A stretch of 64,000 nucleotides of DNA from assembly GCF_009914755.1 (NCBI RefSeq), contig NC_060925.1; one strand, written 5' to 3'. Of this stretch, positions 57,836 to 64,000 are shown in pieces. Position 1 is the stretch's first letter. Every line of letters begins with the position of its first letter. The translations under genes were made by a program, and so were the position numbers. The stretch is from the human T2T-CHM13v2.0 reference genome, Homo sapiens. Below the pieces are notes generated by a model that saw only the letters and a program-made list of their open reading frames with translations, did not search any database and had not been told where the DNA came from.

Positions 57836-57921
57836 TGGAGTGACCCTGACCTCTCTTCTCTTTCCACATACAACCCTGCACCCCACACCCATCTCTCAGT
57901 CGTGCTCAAGAGTCTTTTCCT

Positions 57922-58230
57922 GTCAGGCGCAGTGGCGCATGCCTGCAATCCCAGCACTTTTGGAGGATTGCCTGTAATCCCAGCCAAAGTAGGAGAACCG
58001 CTTGAGCCCAGGAGCTTGAGACCAGCCTGGACAGCATAGTGAGACCCTGTCTCTGCAAAAACAACAAAAAAAGTTGGCTGGGTGTGGTGGTGTGCACCTG
58101 TTAGTCTCAGTTGCTTAGGAGGCTGAGGTGGGAGTATTGCTCGAGCCCAGGACGTCAGGGCTGCAGTGAGCCATGATTGTGCCACCTCATTCTAGCCTGG
58201 GTGACAGAGCGAGATCTTATGTCAAAAAAA
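57922..58230 (+). mobile_element. AluJ with small internal duplication
   Basis: GCCTG(C/T)AATCCCAGC twice in left arm (57941, 57970). Confidence 0.9.
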
Positions 58231-59297
58231 AGTATTTTCCAGTTTCCTACTAAGTAAGGGAATTGAGAGCACATGTCAAATCATATATCACATCAGATCA
58301 CGTATCAGTAGTTAGTTGGGTAAATTTATGATTAAACAATGCAACTATCTTTTAGTCCTGCAGATTGAGTTATTTTTACCTCCTTCTTTTGTTGTCTACA
58401 TACATTCCTCAGTTGTGTAACTCTTCTGTTCATTTGGGCTGGTTGGGTTCTACCAGGCCATGGAAATCAAGGTCACGTGTCCTGACCAGGCAAGCTGAGT
58501 GAGCAGCAGCCCTTACCTGAGGTTGGCTTGACAAGGTTTATTTGGTTCTGCTGCATATCACACTTGTCTCACATCTGTCTTTGGAGCCTCTTGAAGCACA
58601 GGGGCATCCCAGAGGACCCCCGACTGCAGCCCAGAGAGAAAAAAGACCTGCTCCAGCCAGCGGCAAAGCTGGCACCTAAGGCCGAGGTCCCTGACTCCCG
58701 TGTGCATGTTTCAATGTTTCTTTCCTATATGTATGATGTAGTTCTACCTATGGCTAGTGCTGCCTTCAAGAGCAGGGTTGGAGGCCTTAGCCATCTCCTC
58801 TTAATCTCCATCAGCATCCCATGCCCGCCAACACACACACACTTCCTTCTTTGTCATGAGCATCTGGCATTTTCTCAGTTCAGGTAAAGTCCTGTGAAAA
58901 CACAACAATCCAGGTCCCCAAGCCTGCCCCTTCCCAAGTAAATGAAGCCCCTGTGTCCCTCCTAGGTGGAAATTCTGGGATCATCTGCACATATGCCTAT
59001 CTCTTCCATGAGACTCTCCACTCCCTCCCAGGGGTAGGAAATAGACCTGTTCTTTCTCTCTGATATCCCTAAAAGTGTAATGAGGGTTCTTCACACTTGC
59101 AATGAATATTTGTCACTGTGCCTGCTGCTGCAGTGGCCAGCTGTGCTTGGTCCCAACTAAGAAGGCTTGTGCTTGTCTGTTTGGAAGTAGGTATTCCTTG
59201 CATTTCATCTGTAATGTAGGCAAGCAGTTGAAAGAGAAGACAGATTTTAATTTTTAATGGCTCATGTCACTTTGCTGCTCTATATATCACAGACTCC

Positions 59298-59349
59298 CAC
59301 CTTAGACTGTGGGTTCCTCAAGCACCTTAGACTGTGGGTTCCTCAAGCA
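59298..59349. repeat. Perfect 25-bp tandem duplication in an L2 remnant
   Basis: CACCTTAGACTGTGGGTTCCTCAAG x2. Confidence 0.96.
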
Positions 59350-59994
59350 AAGCAATCACGTATCAGGCATGTAGTTGCTACCCAGTAAGTGGTTGCCAGG
59401 TAAACGACTGAGCATCTGAATACTGCTCCTTATAGCACCTAATAAAAGGGGAACACACCTTATCTGAAAAGGTGACTCGGCAGTCAGGTGTACTGTCACT
59501 TAACAGGGAGTCATCACACGATGCTTTTTACTGCAGAAAGAGATAAAACAAATGGATCTGCCACACAATGTAAAACATGAGGGCAATCATTGCGCACCTC
59601 CATGCCTTCTGCCTGTCACATGTTAGTGACTTAAAGATACACTTACAGGAAACGATAGTATATACTTCCGAATTGCAGTGGGTTATCTGCTCAGCTGCTC
59701 TTCTCTGGGGCCAGTACAACCTCCCCTGCACTTCTGATGCACACACCCCTAGATAGTTCCAGGTGGTCATGTTCATGCTGTGACCTGCCCAGATTCCTCT
59801 CCCAGGAATTGGGAATTTTGGACACAGAAGCACAAGGAAAGGGAGCTGTCTGGGGAGGCAGGCCCATTATGGCAGCCTCCTGGAGGGAAGCCCACCACCA
59901 CTGCTACTGCGCACCCAAGATCAGCCACAGCAACTGCCCATTCTAGGCCAGCACAACACAGGAAAACACGACATGGAAATACATAGACTCTAGT

Positions 59995-59997
<3 letters not shown>

Positions 59998-60038
<41 letters not shown>
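59998..60038. repeat. (CA)n microsatellite
   Basis: Direct reading. Confidence 0.97.
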
Positions 60039-60040
<2 letters not shown>

Positions 60041-60894
60041 TGGAATCAGAAAGCTTGCTAGTCCTCAAAAATAAAGATGTAAAATTTGGAAGTGAGTTAC
60101 TTTTTCTCTGTTGCTCTCCTCACTTCTGTGGTATCATCACGGCTTGTATTTTACTGAATATTTCCGACATTTCTAGAAACCTATGGAGGGCAAGAATGTG
60201 TCTTATTCACCTTTGTGCATCTCACTGGCCTAGCCCACCCCTCACCTCCACAGGCACTCGATGGACACTGATGTAGCTGAATTAAGTTTGATTGACTAGG
60301 ACAAAAATAATGAATTTGCATGTTTCTAGGGTAAACAATATTAAAACTATGCTCAAATTTAATCATTTATCCTTCTTTCTATCCAGATATTATTTAGGAA
60401 ACAGGCAGCCATTAGGTAAGTGCCTGTGCTTTTTTAAAAAGGGGGGAAACAGAGATGAAAGGGAAACTCCTGTGGCACATTTCCCATTTCTTGTCCCCAG
60501 CTCCTGTGCCTTTGCCTCTCTTTAGCGCCCTTTCTCTGCCCTCGGCCTCCCTCACCACTTCATGGCCCCAACTCCAGGGCTGTGTGCTGTCGGGGGCCCC
60601 ACCGCAGACACCGCGAGTTGTGTCTTACTATGCAGTTTGGACAGGGCACAGAGGGCAACTGGGCGCTGCCATTCTGGACACCTCACCGAGTAGACTCTTG
60701 CCAGAGCCCAGCTGCCTTTCTGAGCTTTAGAACCAAAGAAAGACATGGCTGAGGGAAGAGCCACGAACCAGGAGTGGTCAGAAACGGGTCACCAAGAAGG
60801 TCCCCAAGATGGTGAGCTTGGGGGAACAACAGAGCAACCCTAAGGAGTCCTTTGGCCACTGTTTAAGACTGAGTAGCCTCCCCGTTGGAAGGGC

Positions 60895-61222
<328 letters not shown>

Positions 61223-61488
61223 GGAAAGAGCTTTTTATAGTGATTTACTGATCAGTGAATTTGTCACCTAAAAACACTCCAGAGGTGTGGGTGATGGTTT
61301 TGGTGAGATGGGGAGAGGTTCTGAGTCAAGAGCGGCAGTCTTATGCTTAGAGCAGTCAGGGCTGTTACTCCAGCGCCAGGTGTCCCCTGGCCACACCCTC
61401 CTGTCCTGCCCTCTCGGCTGCCTCACCCCAGAAGGCAGCTGTGTGGTGCTGACTGAGATGCGGCTGTGGATGCAGCTGAAGGCTGCCA

Positions 61489-61800
61489 ACATTCAAATGC
61501 CTTCCCTGCTGGCTGCTCAGAAAGTGCCGGACAAAGGAGAGGGAGATGATACAGACACATTTCTTAGAAATCTGTAAACCTGTATTTGCCTGTGTGCTAC
61601 ACTAAATATTGTATACAATGAAGGGGGCCTTGCACTTTGAGGGGATTCCTCTCATGTTTCAGAATGTTAATGATAAGAAAATGTATTCTTACATTATTTT
61701 TCTATGCCTGTACTATATCTTGGAAAGTAAGCAATTGAGGTGATTTTTTTATACTGCAGACCCATTAAAAATAATTGAAATATATCTTTTGATTATTTTC
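61489..61800 (+). repeat. Donor copy of a 312-bp local duplication
   Basis: Matches 63016-63329 with about 12 differences by manual alignment. Confidence 0.96.
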
Positions 61801-61802
61801 TT

Positions 61803-62136
61803 CTGCTTATTTTTATTTATTTATTTATTTTTGAGACAAGATCTTGCTCTTTTACCCAGGCTGGAGTGCAGTGGTGCAATCTCGGTTTACTGCAGCCTTG
61901 ATCTCCTGGGCTCAAGCAATCCTCCTGCCTCAGCCTCCTGAGGAGCTGGATTACAGGAGTGCACCACCACATCTGGCTAATTTTTCTTTTCTTTCTTTCT
62001 TTCTTTTTTTTTTTTTTGTAGGGACGGGGTCTCAGTATGCTGCTCAAGCTGGTCTCGTACTCCTAGGCTCAAGAGATCTCCCTTCCTTGGCCTCCCAAAG
62101 TGCTGGGATTACAGGCACGAACCACTGCACTGGGCC
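61803..62136 (-). mobile_element. AluJ
   Basis: Antisense dimer, expanded linker; TSD TATTTTCTT. Confidence 0.93.
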
Positions 62137-62139
62137 TAT

Positions 62140-63955
62140 TTTCTTGACTGTGAGTAATACATGTACCATTTAGAAAGAATCACCTTATTAATATTGCTAT
62201 AGACCTTCTTACTTATGTACCTTTACATGAAAATATATTGTGTTAAAAATAATTAGATCATACCATAACCATAATGTTTTGAAACTTTATTTTACTAAAA
62301 AATATATCATGAATGTAGTTCAATGACAGTCAACAGATGTACATCATCATCATCAATCTTAATATTACATAGTTTTCTATTTTATGGAGTAGTATAATTT
62401 GATCAGTTTCTATTTTAAGACTTTAGATGGTTTCTAATTTTTGTCTTAATAAACCACATTTGATAAATATATTTTTATAATACCTCTGCTTTCTTGTCTG
62501 ATCACTGTTTTAGGAAAATTTCTTAGAAGTATAATCTTTACATGATTTTTCACTCATAGCCACTCTTTCATCTAGAAAAACTCTACCAATTTATACTCCA
62601 CCCCACCCCCAACAGGAATGGCATAAAAGTCTATTTAAAATAATTTTAAATTTGTTTTTATTAAATATTAAATACATACAAATAATATTTCTAATGTGAA
62701 GGACGTAAAGAATACACAGATATTTATCTGTGAACCCACCATCTAGCTTCAGAGCTAGAATATCACCAGTCTCCTAGAAGCCCCCCTGTGCCTTCTCTGA
62801 CCCCATCCCTGCACTCCTCCTCCTCAGAAGAAGAATCCACTTTCCTAAACTGTGTCTCTACCAGTTCCTTGCTTTTAGTTAGTTTTACCACATATGCTTG
62901 TATCCTTTAACAATATGTGCCTTAGTTCTGCATATTTTTCCTTTATAGAAATTAAATTGTACTTATGTATTCTTTTATAACTTGCTTTAAAAAATTTGTA
63001 AATGAAGTATGTCACACATTCAAATGCCTTCCCTGCTGGCAGCTCAGAAAGTGCTGGACAAAGGAGAAGGAGATGATACCAGACCCATTTCTTAGAAATC
63101 TGTAAACCTGTATTTGCCTGCGTGCTACACTAAATATTGTATACAATGAAGGGGGCCTTGCATTTTGAGGGGCTTCCTCTCATGTTTCAGAATGTTAATG
63201 ATAAGAAAATGTATTCTTACATTATTTTTCTATGCCTCTAATATATCTTGGAAAGTAAGCAATTGAGGTGATTTTTCTTATACTGCAGACCTATTAAAAA
63301 TAATTGAAATATATCTTTTGATTATTTTCTTTTGTTTAATTTTTTTAGAGAAGTGCATGTATATTAAGTTCAGCGTGGTGCATTTTCTGAGGGAGCACAT
63401 GCCTAGATCAAGACACAAAACATTACTAGCACCCCAGAAACCCTTTTGACTCCCTCCCAGTTACTGTCTTTGTCTGAAAGGAACCACTATTCTGACTTCT
63501 AACACCATACAATTTATACAAATGGAATTAGAGTGACTGACTTCACACGCTCAACTTTATGTTCATGCCTCTTGCTATATGTAGCTACAATTCACTCATT
63601 TTTACCACTGTATAGTGTTCTATTATACAAATATATAATTTATATATCTATGTATCTATTGATGGATATTTGGGTTTCTTCCAGCATTTGCTCTTATAAA
63701 CAGGGGTGTTCTAAGCATTCTCCTATGTGTCTTCTTATGCCCAGGTGCAAAGGTTTCTTTAGGAGAAACTAGGAATGGAACTGCAGGGTCATAGAATATA
63801 GTTATTGTTTGCTTTAGAACACGAACTCACCACTTACCACTCAATGTCATACATGAACTCACCACTTACCACTAAAAAAAAATTGGCCAATCTAATAGGT
63901 AAAAATTAAATTCATTGCTTAAATTTGCATTTTTAAATTATATTTATTTCACTAT
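62140..63955 (-). mobile_element. Nested L1ME-type 3' fragments
   Basis: AGATCAAGACACAAAACATTACTAGCACCCCAGAA; AACCACTATTCTGACTTCTAACACCATA; TTGATGGATATTTGGGTT. Confidence 0.75.
63016..63329 (+). repeat. Inserted copy of the 312-bp duplication
   Basis: Direct repeat of 61489-61800 interrupting an L1ME 3' end. Confidence 0.96.
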
Positions 63956-64000
63956 TACTTTTTTTTTTTTTTAACTCCTGGACTTAAGCAATTCCTCCCA
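63956..64000 (-). mobile_element. Alu monomer fragment running off the window
   Basis: Poly-T then AACTCCTGGACTTAAGCAATTCCTCCCA. Confidence 0.7.

Overview
Repeat-dense primate genomic DNA, most likely human or great ape (about 40 Alu/FLAM elements, two LTR12C-type ERV9 solo LTRs, L1PA/L1M, MIR, L2, L3, MaLR/ERVL LTRs, DNA-transposon fossils). I find no credible protein-coding gene, tRNA, rRNA, snRNA or CRISPR array; the ORFs I could assign come from Alu, L1, LTR or microsatellite sequence and the rest match nothing I recognise. I cannot name the locus. Subfamily names are recalled from consensus sequences and boundaries were read by eye, so both need RepeatMasker/Dfam confirmation. I do not see a clearly new biological system. 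The best leads are regulatory or mutational. (1) A CpG-rich + strand LTR12C (25476-26829) has lost its poly(A) signal and gained a splice-donor-like motif at the same bases, with candidate downstream exons near 31603 and in an antisense Alu at 40992-41129, suggesting a possible LTR-initiated spliced lncRNA. (2) A perfect 4x15-bp minisatellite builds four tandem STAT (GAS) sites. (3) A (GGAA)12 lies inside a 345-bp purine tract. (4) A MER85 piggyBac MITE has lost one TTAA. (5) A chimeric AluS/AluY carries a 111-bp duplication. (6) A 312-bp segment is duplicated 1.5 kb away.
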